Positions 9,407-18,038 of a DNA stretch of 64,000 nt are shown here, piece by piece (the first letter of the stretch is position 1; every line of letters starts with the position of its first letter). The notes beneath the pieces are model-generated. The model saw nothing but the letters and a program-made list of their open reading frames with translations, had not been told where the DNA came from and searched no databases. The position numbers and the translations under genes were made by a program. The DNA is from Escherichia coli (GTDB lineage Bacteria; Pseudomonadota; Gammaproteobacteria; Enterobacterales; Enterobacteriaceae), in the NCBI RefSeq assembly GCF_013315695.1, contig NZ_CP054353.1. One strand, 5' to 3'.

Positions 9407-10347
9407 GCAAAGAACTGTTATCCGGCACGCCGCTTAAATGGGTGGGCGGAAAAAGTCGCATCATGAACACACTGAAGGCGCATCTGCCAGAAGCAGACTG
9501 CCTGGTTGAGCCGTTTGTGGGTGGCGCATCGGTATTCATGAACACCAGTTACAAGCGTTACATCCTGGGTGATTCCAATGGTGCGCTGATTAATTTCTAC
9601 CGGCAAGCCAGGGACAACACCGACAGCCTGATCGACGAGGCGAAAACCCTGTTCCTGAACCACAACAACAGGGGTGACTATCTCATCATTCGCGAAACCT
9701 TTAACGCAGAGAATCATGCCTTCCTGAACAGCAGAACGGGAATAAGCGACCGCCGTGAACTGCGACTGGCCGCCATGTTTTTGTACCTGAACCGACACAG
9801 CTTTAACGGTTTGTTCCGCGTGAACGGAAAAGGCGATTTTAACGTGCCTTTCGGCTGCTACCGCAAGCCCTACTTCCCTGAGCGTGAAATCCGCGCATTT
9901 GCAGACAAGGCAAACAGCACCCGAACGCTGCTTATCCACGCAGATTTTAAGGATACGCTGAACTCTGCCAGTCACCTGTTCGGCATGGGCAACACGCTTT
10001 GCGTGTACTGCGATCCCCCTTACCTGCAATTCAGTGGCCGGGACAATTTTACCGCCTACGGAAAACCATTCGATGAAGACGAGCACGTTCGTCTGAGGGC
10101 AGCGCTCGACCGCCTTTCACAGGAAACGGGCGGCATGACCAGCATCACCATCTCCAATTCCGACACACCGGAAACACGACGCATTTATCGGGGTTACCGG
10201 ATGAACTGCATACAGGCACCACGAAGCGTTGGCGCAAGAACCCGGGAATCAGCACCGGAGGTTATCGCCACCCTGAGATGCATCACATCCGCCTTATCAA
10301 CGGTTCGCACTTCTGCGCCACGAACATGGAAGAAGTACGCGTGCTGA
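9403..10347 (+). CDS. dam: DNA adenine methyltransferase, Dam family
   Basis: PLKWVGGK, LVEPFVGGASVF, FLYLNRHSFNGLFR and DPPY motifs; about 35 extra C-terminal residues versus E. coli Dam. Confidence 0.85.
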   Translation: MSKELLSGTPLKWVGGKSRIMNTLKAHLPEADCLVEPFVGGASVFMNTSYKRYILGDSNGALINFYRQARDNTDSLIDEAKTLFLNHNNRGDYLIIRETFNAENHAFLNSRTGISDRRELRLAAMFLYLNRHSFNGLFRVNGKGDFNVPFGCYRKPYFPEREIRAFADKANSTRTLLIHADFKDTLNSASHLFGMGNTLCVYCDPPYLQFSGRDNFTAYGKPFDEDEHVRLRAALDRLSQETGGMTSITISNSDTPETRRIYRGYRMNCIQAPRSVGARTRESAPEVIATLRCITSALSTVRTSAPRTWKKYAC

Positions 10348-10375
10348 CAGCAACACGCAATACGGGAGGTAAAGC

Positions 10376-10726
10376 ATGGCAGTGATTTATATCGCCGGTC
10401 CCATGACCGGATGCAAAGACCACAACAGGACGGCATTTTGCGTGGAGGACCTGAAACTTCGGTGCGCCGGAAACATCGTTCTTAATCCTGCCGTACTGCC
10501 TGACGGATTAAGCCAGCAGCAGTACATGAGTATTTGTATTCCGATGCTCATGTGCGCCGATGCCATTTACTTACTGGATGGATGGGAAGAGTCCGCTGGC
10601 GCACGGGCTGAGTACGCAATGGCGCTCAAACTGAACATGCATGTGTCATTCCCGGAAAACCGGGCAGCCGGCGAAACCGTCGCGCAGCTGCTTCACAAAT
10701 CAAAAGCCGCACAGGCGACTGAGTAA
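10376..10726 (+). CDS. DUF4406 / nucleoside 2-deoxyribosyltransferase-like protein
   Basis: N-terminal MAVIYIAGPMTG signature and size typical of this fold (from memory); GGAGG RBS. Confidence 0.55.
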   Translation: MAVIYIAGPMTGCKDHNRTAFCVEDLKLRCAGNIVLNPAVLPDGLSQQQYMSICIPMLMCADAIYLLDGWEESAGARAEYAMALKLNMHVSFPENRAAGETVAQLLHKSKAAQATE

Positions 10727-11164
10727 CCGACCGGAGATCGAAACATGATTGCGCGCAGAGCTACCAACCGTCTCACAGGCTTTATTCCAGGCAAGGTTGA
10801 TCATGCACTCCATCACGGGGCTGTCACTTTCCTCAACAAAGGAGAGGCGCGCAATCATGCATTCCGGGGTGAGCATGTGGCGCTGGCTAATCAGTCTTTG
10901 ATAGCTAAGCGCCTGCCATTCAGCCTTTTCAGCTCTGATAGAAAGAGAGGAAGCCATGACCTGCCACACCAGAAAGAGCACCACACTGGCGAAAACAAAC
11001 GTTGCGCTGTCGCAAAAAATGAATGCGGCAACAATCGCAAGGAAAGCGCTAATCCTCAGAACCAAGGAAGCGCGACGGTGGAGAAGGCTTGTCATGTGTT
11101 CAAGCCAGTAGCTGTACCACAGGTCAAAAAGAATTTCGTAATCAGAAGGGAGCTTATCACTCAT
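10700..11164 (-). CDS. membrane protein (about 154 aa, two predicted TM helices) transcribed opposite to the early operon
   Basis: ATG at 11164; MSDKLPSDYEILFDLWYSYW, TM segments LVLRISAFLAIVAAFIF and FVFASVVLFLVWQVMASSL; 3' end overlaps the convergent DUF4406 gene. Confidence 0.5.
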   Translation of the reverse strand: MSDKLPSDYEILFDLWYSYWLEHMTSLLHRRASLVLRISAFLAIVAAFIFCDSATFVFASVVLFLVWQVMASSLSIRAEKAEWQALSYQRLISQRHMLTPECMIARLSFVEESDSPVMECMINLAWNKACETVGSSARNHVSISGRLLSRLCGF

Positions 11165-11347
11165 CAGAAACACCCCGCGTATGCAGACAATCACCAGTTG
11201 CCAGGTGATATTAATTCGCAACATTCTAACCACATCAGCACGCAACACAAAAACCGCTTGCCAGCGCTCGTCGTGTCAGGTTACATTTCCGCTGCACCTC
11301 ATAAAACGGGTGCCGGGTTTCGCAGCCTGCTGACAACCAAAGCGCAC

Positions 11348-11368
11348 AACCGCGCCAGCGGTTTTTTT
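11348..11368 (+). terminator. intrinsic terminator-like hairpin plus T-run (aaccgc-gcca-gcggtt-ttttt) in repeat copy 1
   Basis: 6-bp GC-rich stem followed by T7, nested in outer symmetry cgcacaa...ttgtgcg. Confidence 0.5.
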
Positions 11369-11547
11369 GTGCGTACTGTATTGCCACGTCTTTTTCGCGT
11401 CAGAATTATGGCGGGGCGTACGGGGCCGACTTCGGTCGGGCCGGGTTCTTTGCTAGCCGGTACTGCGAACCTCGTACGTCTCGCCACCCACAGTTTCGCA
11501 GCTCTGGATGGTGAGTTTTCACAACTTACTAGCAAAGAGGCCACACC

Positions 11548-11769
11548 ATGGCAAACCGCAAGCAACAGCGCGCCCGCGCTGAGCGTCTTCACATCCGCAG
11601 CGAAATCAACCGCAGACTTTTCCGCGCAACACGCGTCGCGCAAATCATGCATATCAACATGCTGCATGAGCGCACGCACGCACTATCAAACCGTTACTGC
11701 GCTGCTGTCTTCAGCTATCTCGCCGAAGATCTGGCAGAACTGCAAAGCCTCATCAACCAGCACCGATAA
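11548..11769 (+). CDS. small basic protein (73 aa, MANRKQQRARAERLHIRSEINRR...), repeat copy 1
   Basis: ATG with AAAGAGG RBS; identical copy at 12377-12598. Confidence 0.5.
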   Translation: MANRKQQRARAERLHIRSEINRRLFRATRVAQIMHINMLHERTHALSNRYCAAVFSYLAEDLAELQSLINQHR

Positions 11770-11837
11770 ACCACATCCGGAAGCTATCCCACACCTGCAC
11801 GCGGGAGGCTTCCGCACGTCTGTTACCGGAGGTTCTC

Positions 11838-12009
11838 ATGAAGAGCGTTAAGGGACTTTCAGATATTCAGGACTTCTTTAACTGGATGTGGGCGGTGGAT
11901 CCCCTGCTGGCTTCCCGCCTGAACAACTGGCACGACTATTACCGCCGCGCCTGTAAACAGGCTGCCCGCAGCGTCACCACATACGGGGCTTTCTCCTTCA
12001 CCGTTGACT
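11838..12009 (+). pseudogene. truncated 5' duplicate (about 57 codons) of the 138-aa gene, broken at the duplication junction
   Basis: Same RBS and first 57 codons as 12667-13083, then reads into repeat copy 2. Confidence 0.55.
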
Positions 12010-12176
12010 ATGCAGACAATCACCAGTTGCCAGGTGATATTAATTCGCAACATTCTAACCACATCAGCACGCAACACAAAAACCGCTTGCCAGCGCTCGT
12101 CGTGTCGGGTTACATTTCCGCTGCACCTCATAAAACGGGTGCCGGGTTTCGCAGCCTGCCGACTAGCAAAGCGCAC

Positions 12177-12197
12177 AACCGCGCCAGCGGTTTTTTT
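12177..12197 (+). terminator. same terminator-like hairpin in repeat copy 2
   Basis: Identical sequence at +829. Confidence 0.5.
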
Positions 12198-12376
12198 GTG
12201 CGTACTGTATTGCCACGTCTTTTTCGCGTCAGAATTATGGCGGGGCGTACGGGGCCGACTTCGGTCGGGCCGGGTTCTTTGCTAGCCGGTACTGCGAACC
12301 TCGTACGTCTCGCCACCCACAGTTTCGCAGCTCTGGATGGTGAGTTTTCACAACTTACTAGCAAAGAGGCCACACC

Positions 12377-12598
12377 ATGGCAAACCGCAAGCAACAGCGC
12401 GCCCGCGCTGAGCGTCTTCACATCCGCAGCGAAATCAACCGCAGACTTTTCCGCGCAACACGCGTCGCGCAAATCATGCATATCAACATGCTGCATGAGC
12501 GCACGCACGCACTATCAAACCGTTACTGCGCTGCTGTCTTCAGCTATCTCGCCGAAGATCTGGCAGAACTGCAAAGCCTCATCAACCAGCACCGATAA
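12377..12598 (+). CDS. small basic protein (73 aa), repeat copy 2
   Basis: Identical to 11548-11769. Confidence 0.5.
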   Translation: MANRKQQRARAERLHIRSEINRRLFRATRVAQIMHINMLHERTHALSNRYCAAVFSYLAEDLAELQSLINQHR

Positions 12599-12666
12599 AC
12601 CACATCCGGAAGCTATCCCACACCTGCACGCGGGAGGCTTCCGCACGTCTGTTACCGGAGGTTCTC

Positions 12667-13083
12667 ATGAAGAGCGTTAAGGGACTTTCAGATATTCAGG
12701 ACTTCTTTAACTGGATGTGGGCGGTGGATCCCCTGCTGGCTTCCCGCCTGAACAACTGGCACGACTATTACCGCCGCGCCTGTAAACAGGCTGCCCGCAG
12801 CGTCACCACATACGGGGATTTCTCCTTCACCGTGGACGGTCGTTACCGCGTGGACGTGAAAGGTGATGGTGATGGACTGGGTTTATTTCACATCAACGGC
12901 ACCGACAGTACCGCCATCAGCTGGTCGTCATCAGAGATGGCGCTGGTTCTGGAAATGACAACCCACAGCGTGGCCGTGAAAGGTATATACACCGCAGAAG
13001 GTTTTATCGGCGAATACCAGCGCCTTCTCGTGCTGTACCGCGCGGCGTTTCAGGTGGCAACTGCCGGGGAGTGCGACGCATGA
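12667..13083 (+). CDS. hypothetical protein (138 aa) immediately upstream of and coupled to gene A
   Basis: ATG with GGAGG RBS; stop overlaps the A start (ATGA). Confidence 0.6.
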   Translation: MKSVKGLSDIQDFFNWMWAVDPLLASRLNNWHDYYRRACKQAARSVTTYGDFSFTVDGRYRVDVKGDGDGLGLFHINGTDSTAISWSSSEMALVLEMTTHSVAVKGIYTAEGFIGEYQRLLVLYRAAFQVATAGECDA

Positions 13084-15593
13084 GCGACCATAACGCACAA
13101 CTGGCGTACCCGTGGAACGCCCCGCTACCGGTTATCGATCCTGAAACGTTCGGCAGAGCACAGCCAACCGCATTACGCCAGGCCATTCAGAGCTACATCA
13201 ACGAGGACATTCGCATTGATGCCAGACTGGATGAAGAAACCGTCGCCTTTCTGACAACCACAGACGAAGGGAAGCGAATTAATTCGCACCTTCACCACAA
13301 CGAAGAGCGTCGGATCAGACTGGAAAAACTGGCGCGGCACAAACGCGAGAATCCGCCCACGGTGGTATCGGAAGCCATGGCAGAACTTCGCGCCCTGCCC
13401 TCGTTTCTTGGCAACGCGCTCATTCGTGATCTGGCGCGTTTAAACCGCAAACAGCAAAGCGCCCGCCATGAAGGCGTGAAAAACAACAATACACACGTGG
13501 CTGATAACTTTGTTCGCCGTGGACTGCGCACACGCCTGAAACGCATCGAACAGGTGAATGAATGCTTCGCCACGACGGCATTCAAAGCCACCGCAGCACG
13601 CCATCGCCTTGATGAATTACTCATGCTGCCACAACTCAACCGTGATCAAATTCAGCGCCTTGCCACACTAACGGCGGCGGCATTTTCCACCGAACTGGAA
13701 CGCATATGTGATGAAGTTACTGAGCGGACAGGAAAAGGCGACGATAACCTGTTTACCTGGTTGCTGACTTACCAGCAGCTGGCGCGCATGGCAATAAAAC
13801 TGGGCGTGAACCCACCATACTGGCCGTCACTCGAGATCAGACGTGACCGCCGCACGGCACCAGACCCTGAACTGGTACCGGGCGCGGTAATGCGTATCAC
13901 CTGCGCCACCTGGTGGAACAACCAGCTGCGCCACCTCGCTGATCTCTGGCGGGAGGAATTACTGCGTGCCGCCGGAAGAGTATCGCGCAAGGCATCCCCC
14001 TACATCAGCCATGAGTCACTCCAGGAATTCCGGGAGAAACGCCAGCGCACCCGTGATTTTCTCAAAAGCTGGGACATTGAAAACGAAGACGGTGAACGCC
14101 TGAGCCTGGAGGACGTGTACTGGTCAGGGCTGGGGAATCCGCGCAACCGCCGCAACGAGATGATGGCCTGCGTCAGAGGGATGGAACAGGTCGCCGAATC
14201 GCGTGGTGACTCCGCGTTCTTCGTGACAGTGACCTGCCCTTCCCGCTTTCACAGCGTAAACGAGGACGGCAGCCTGAACCCGAAATACAACGGTGCCACC
14301 GTGCGCGATGCCAGTGATTATCTGGTTTACGACGTCTTTGCAGCTGCAAGAAAAAAACTCAACAAAGAAGGCCTGAGCTGGTACGGGGTGCGCACCGTTG
14401 AGCCACACCATGACGGCACACCGCACTGGCACATGCTGGTATTCACCGCCCCGGACAATGAAGAACGCATCATTGAAATCATGCGTGACGCAGCAATCAA
14501 ATCAGATCGCGCAGAACTGGGGAATGATATTTCTCCGCGCTTCAAGTGCGAAAAAATCGACCCGGCAAAAGGCACACCGGCAAGCTACATCGCAACCTAT
14601 ATTGGCAAGAACCTGGACGCCAGCACCTTTCACGACAATGACCCGAAAACCGGCAAACCTTACGCCGATAAAGAATCGGGAAAAACCATGGCGGAAACCG
14701 TGGAAAACGCCATTGCCTGGGCGAGTCTCCACCGCATCCGGCAGTTCCAGTTCTTCGGTATCCCGCCCCGCCAGGTATGGCGTGAACTCCGCCGCCTTGC
14801 CGGACAAATGGAGCGTAACCCCGCATCACCGAAGCGCCTGGACCATGACGACATTGACGCCATTCTGGCCGCCGCTGACGTGGGGTGTTTTGCCACCTAC
14901 ATCAACCGTCAGGGCGGCGTGCTCATTCCACGCAACCTGTACCTGATCCGCACCGCATACGAAACCGCAGATGAGGCCAACGACTACGGCGAATTCCCGC
15001 AGCGCATCTACGGAATTTGTGCCCCGTCGCTCGGCGAGCGCTACACCATCTGCACCCATCCGGACGAGTGGAAACTGGTCAGAAAAGAAGCGAAAGCCGA
15101 CAACAGCACGGACGAGGATTTTGACGTTGGGGGCGGCTTCGCCGCACCTTGGACTCGTGGCAATAACTGTCGCCATGATGAAAAAACAGACACCGAAGAG
15201 GGTAAAAACCCACCACCGGAAACCAGGAAAGAACAAAAACTGGTCGTCCCGGAAGGTGATTTGGGCGAGTGGTTAAGGTCACTGACCCCCACAGAGCGAA
15301 AACAACTCACCAGGCAGCTGAAAGATGCGCCATCTGACACAAAAACCGTGAAAACCGGCGGCCCCACCACGCCCGATGACGTCATACATGTGCGTACCGC
15401 ATTGCCGCTGGCTGACGTCACCACCACCGTGATCAAGTCGGCACTGAGCACGACGGGCGAGGAGCTGCACAGTGGCGCGGCACTTTCCGTACACAGAGGT
15501 GCACGCGTTCGCCTGCCTGACGGGCGGATTGTGCACTGGGATGAGAAATCACGAAGCCTGGTGGCAGCAGATCAACCGGAGGTGAACCCATGA
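13080..15593 (+). CDS. replication initiation endonuclease, P2 gpA-like (HUH rolling-circle initiator)
   Basis: 837 aa; GTPHWHMLVF H-hydrophobic-H motif; size and position as P2/186 A. Confidence 0.88.
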   Translation: MSDHNAQLAYPWNAPLPVIDPETFGRAQPTALRQAIQSYINEDIRIDARLDEETVAFLTTTDEGKRINSHLHHNEERRIRLEKLARHKRENPPTVVSEAMAELRALPSFLGNALIRDLARLNRKQQSARHEGVKNNNTHVADNFVRRGLRTRLKRIEQVNECFATTAFKATAARHRLDELLMLPQLNRDQIQRLATLTAAAFSTELERICDEVTERTGKGDDNLFTWLLTYQQLARMAIKLGVNPPYWPSLEIRRDRRTAPDPELVPGAVMRITCATWWNNQLRHLADLWREELLRAAGRVSRKASPYISHESLQEFREKRQRTRDFLKSWDIENEDGERLSLEDVYWSGLGNPRNRRNEMMACVRGMEQVAESRGDSAFFVTVTCPSRFHSVNEDGSLNPKYNGATVRDASDYLVYDVFAAARKKLNKEGLSWYGVRTVEPHHDGTPHWHMLVFTAPDNEERIIEIMRDAAIKSDRAELGNDISPRFKCEKIDPAKGTPASYIATYIGKNLDASTFHDNDPKTGKPYADKESGKTMAETVENAIAWASLHRIRQFQFFGIPPRQVWRELRRLAGQMERNPASPKRLDHDDIDAILAAADVGCFATYINRQGGVLIPRNLYLIRTAYETADEANDYGEFPQRIYGICAPSLGERYTICTHPDEWKLVRKEAKADNSTDEDFDVGGGFAAPWTRGNNCRHDEKTDTEEGKNPPPETRKEQKLVVPEGDLGEWLRSLTPTERKQLTRQLKDAPSDTKTVKTGGPTTPDDVIHVRTALPLADVTTTVIKSALSTTGEELHSGAALSVHRGARVRLPDGRIVHWDEKSRSLVAADQPEVNP

Positions 15594-15994
15594 CACGATT
15601 CCATTGCGTACTCCAGCGCCATGATTTCAGCACCATCATGAGTGGACGCATTCCGGCACTGACGCTGAGCGGCGTCAGTGTTCGGCCACAGCCAGGCGAC
15701 GAACTGGAGATCACGATCGCAAACCCCGATCGCAGCACAGATACCGTCATGACCGACATCCTGACTGCAAGAATCAACGCCGACAGAAGCGCATTCATCG
15801 TTGCCGTGCGTCCTCGTCGCGCCATATCAGAGCCTGAACCACTGACCCCCGTCGGAAAAATCATGCAGGCATACCACGAAAAACAGACCAGAAAACTCAA
15901 TGAAGAGCTGGCAAGAACGTTGGCCGTCGTTAACCGAAAAGCGGCAATTGCCCGCTATGTGCATTCAGCCGCCAACAGGCAATCACGCAGGTAA
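15590..15994 (+). CDS. hypothetical protein (134 aa) coupled to the A stop
   Basis: ATGA overlap with A; no recognisable motif. Confidence 0.5.
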   Translation: MTRFHCVLQRHDFSTIMSGRIPALTLSGVSVRPQPGDELEITIANPDRSTDTVMTDILTARINADRSAFIVAVRPRRAISEPEPLTPVGKIMQAYHEKQTRKLNEELARTLAVVNRKAAIARYVHSAANRQSRR

Positions 15995-16042
15995 CAAAAG
16001 ACCATGAACATGACCAAAAACACCAAACTGAAGGAGCACACC

Positions 16043-16213
16043 ATGAACGACATCAGGAAGATCAGCGACAAAGACCTGAAGAAAATGATTGAGTCGGCGC
16101 AGCAGCTGCTCTCACGACGAAATCCGGTTGTGGAAGAAACATGGTGGGAAAATTTACTGGCAGCGCTGACCGAACTCCGCGAACGCCGGAACAACGAAGG
16201 AGCTGCCAAATGA
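16043..16213 (+). CDS. hypothetical small protein (56 aa)
   Basis: ATG with AAGGAG RBS inside ORF-track frame 16004..16213; stop overlaps the next start. Confidence 0.45.
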   Translation: MNDIRKISDKDLKKMIESAQQLLSRRNPVVEETWWENLLAALTELRERRNNEGAAK

Positions 16214-16548
16214 AGACACCCAGAATGACCGGAAAGGAAATCATTTTACGCTACCTGAAAACGCACGCACGCTTCAGCGCACCAGAGCTGGTTGAAAAAC
16301 TGGGCGTGAAAAGGACCGTCATTAATCAGGCTGCCGGAAAGATGGTGCGCGAAGGGCTGCTGGTTGTGGATGGGTACACGGACAAGATAACGCATTACCG
16401 GAAGCCAACGAAAAAGGAGCTGCGGGAGCTGAAACGACGGGCAGAATGGCAACAGGAGCCGTCAGTAATTGAAGCCTGCAAGCGCAGCGAAATCATGAAG
16501 AGAATTCTGTTTATCTACGGCGCTGGCGAAGAGCTGCCCGTCATCTGA
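16210..16548 (+). CDS. putative winged-helix DNA-binding protein (112 aa)
   Basis: ATGA-coupled; HTH-like segment SAPELVEKLGVKRTVINQAAGKMVREGLLVV. Confidence 0.5.
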   Translation: MKTPRMTGKEIILRYLKTHARFSAPELVEKLGVKRTVINQAAGKMVREGLLVVDGYTDKITHYRKPTKKELRELKRRAEWQQEPSVIEACKRSEIMKRILFIYGAGEELPVI

Positions 16549-16580
16549 ACCCAACAATAAAACCAACACGGGAGACAAAT

Positions 16581-16898
16581 ATGCCAACACAGGTTGCAAC
16601 AGAGGGACGACTGGCAGCAGACCCGAACACAAGGAGAACAGCCAAAGGTACCAGCGTCACAACAGCACAACTGGCGGTATCACTACCCTGCCATGGCGCA
16701 GAACAGCCAACCACAATGTGGCTTTACCTTATCGCGTTCGGGAAGCAACACGAAGAACTGGCAAAACACAGAAAAGGCGATCTGATCCTGGTGCACGGGA
16801 ACTTGCAGGTAAACAGGTATCAGGACAAGTACGAGCAACAGAAAGAGGGCTGGCAGCTGCTGACGCAAAGCATTATCAGCTCAAGAACCGGGCGATGA
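16581..16898 (+). CDS. SSB-like OB-fold protein lacking the acidic C-terminal tail (105 aa)
   Basis: GGGAGA RBS; aligns by eye to the E. coli SSB OB fold ([25 protein letters not shown] vs [59 protein letters not shown] vs [35 protein letters not shown]); ends right after the fold. Confidence 0.6.
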   Translation: [105 protein letters not shown]

Positions 16899-16908
16899 CT
16901 TCACGCAT

Positions 16909-16947
16909 GTTACCCTCAGCAGCGAGGGTAACACAGGATTTCTTTTT
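16909..16947. terminator. bidirectional terminator between the convergent SSB-like gene and membrane-protein gene
   Basis: gttaccctc-agcagc-gagggtaac hairpin followed by a T-run. Confidence 0.6.
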
Positions 16948-17592
16948 TCAGTCAAACCGAAATCGGCCGCTTGTCGCGTATGCATAGGTGACCACCGCAC
17001 CCAGCGCATTCACACGCTTCTTCACATAAATCACATTACCATCCTGATAGTCACCGTATGGGTAGCAAATAAAGATTGTTTTTTGCAAATCAGGATCATC
17101 AACAAATGCCCCTGAACAACTTTTTGAGCTACCGCGACTGTACTCATAGGGAGCGGAATAGAATGAATCTTCACCCGGAAGAAAATATATCAGCGTAACC
17201 AGGAGGGTAAACAGAATCATCCAGGTAAGAAGGCACATACCCGAAAAAAACTTAAGATACGATGTAACCCCGGTAAATTTAGACCGATCAACCAGGTTCT
17301 TTTTCAACAGGCACAGTGAGACAAAAACCGAAAGCACCACAGACACTGAAACAAGGCAGTTTGTCGTGAACGAATAAAGGTAGGTAATTCTGTAAACATC
17401 GTTTCGCCACCAAATAAAAAGAAAAATCCCCCCCAAAACAGAAAGCGTGACAAAAGTTAAATAAGGATATGAGTAATTTTTCACAGTTCTCACCCGGCAA
17501 TACACCACTGATTCAGACAGATGATTATCATCACCACCCACCCCCAAAAATCGCAAGATAAAAAATGCACAAAAGCGCACGAAATTGCACAA
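16948..17592 (-). CDS. AT-rich cargo gene: multi-pass membrane protein (3-4 predicted TM helices) with about 70-aa soluble C-terminal domain; start codon unresolved
   Basis: ORF-track frame starts at TTG; first in-frame ATG gives only 96 aa; a GTG with GGTGA upstream gives about 177 aa; local GC far below flanks; sits where P2 carries old/tin. Confidence 0.5.
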   Translation of the reverse strand: MCNFVRFCAFFILRFLGVGGDDNHLSESVVYCRVRTVKNYSYPYLTFVTLSVLGGIFLFIWWRNDVYRITYLYSFTTNCLVSVSVVLSVFVSLCLLKKNLVDRSKFTGVTSYLKFFSGMCLLTWMILFTLLVTLIYFLPGEDSFYSAPYEYSRGSSKSCSGAFVDDPDLQKTIFICYPYGDYQDGNVIYVKKRVNALGAVVTYAYATSGRFRFD

Positions 17593-17688
17593 TTTTTCTT
17601 ATGTGTTTCATCCCCATTCAGCCCAGTAACGGCGCTGGCTGAGGCCGGTTTGCACGGTGCACGAAAAACGAGGCAATTGCAGCGCGCA

Positions 17689-17707
17689 GGCGACGAGGGA
17701 AGGGCGC
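17689..17707. other. candidate cos cohesive-end region (ggcgacgagggaagggcgc)
   Basis: GC-rich segment between the A-side cargo and the portal gene; resembles the P2 cos sequence as I recall it. Confidence 0.3.
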
Positions 17708-18038
17708 CCGAATTGAGGGGTGGAAGGCAGGTTGCTTTATTTGGGGTCGTATTGCGCGTGATACGCACGCAGTGAAGCCGGTTCTGAAAAAACCACACCG
17801 AAACAGAGTCAGAAAAACAGGCCGCCAGAATGCGTCTGGTTGAGTTTTACGGGGTCGGGATTAAATGCGGAAACATCACACCGCAGGCATGACGCGAAAA
17901 AGAGAAAAACCACAGCAAAACATAATGTTAAATGTTATTGATGAGTTGAGAAGCGAGAGGTGTATTGCGTTGACAGAGCTGGAGAGTCGGGGCATAAATT
18001 TTTTATGCCCCGGCGAAGCAGCCGACAAGCGAAGCGCG

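Larger units (their letters stand above)
11181..12838. repeat. tandem direct duplication, 2 x 829 bp (copy 1 11181-12009, copy 2 12010-12838, a few mismatches)
   Basis: Identical ORFs at +829 offset in the ORF track (11548 vs 12377; 11299 vs 12128); junction inside the 138-aa gene. Confidence 0.9.

Noticed and set aside
11401-11480. Possible tRNA or retron msr/msd in the GC-rich multi-stem region
   Set aside because: No cloverleaf with acceptor stem and CCA end could be built, and there is no reverse-transcriptase gene anywhere in the window; kept only as an unclassified structured element.
11299-12508. Two identical 126-aa minus-strand ORFs inside the tandem repeat
   Set aside because: Antisense to the RBS-bearing 73-aa gene and the structured region, with no RBS and Arg/Ala-rich GC-frame composition.
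10745-12680. Long plus-strand ORFs (368 aa at 10745-11851 and 280 aa at 11838-12680) spanning the duplicated region
   Set aside because: Translations are low-complexity (S/T/A/H-rich), run through terminator-like and structured non-coding sequence, and are duplicated only because the DNA is. Only the first ~57 codons of the second (a truncated copy of the 138-aa gene) look genuine.
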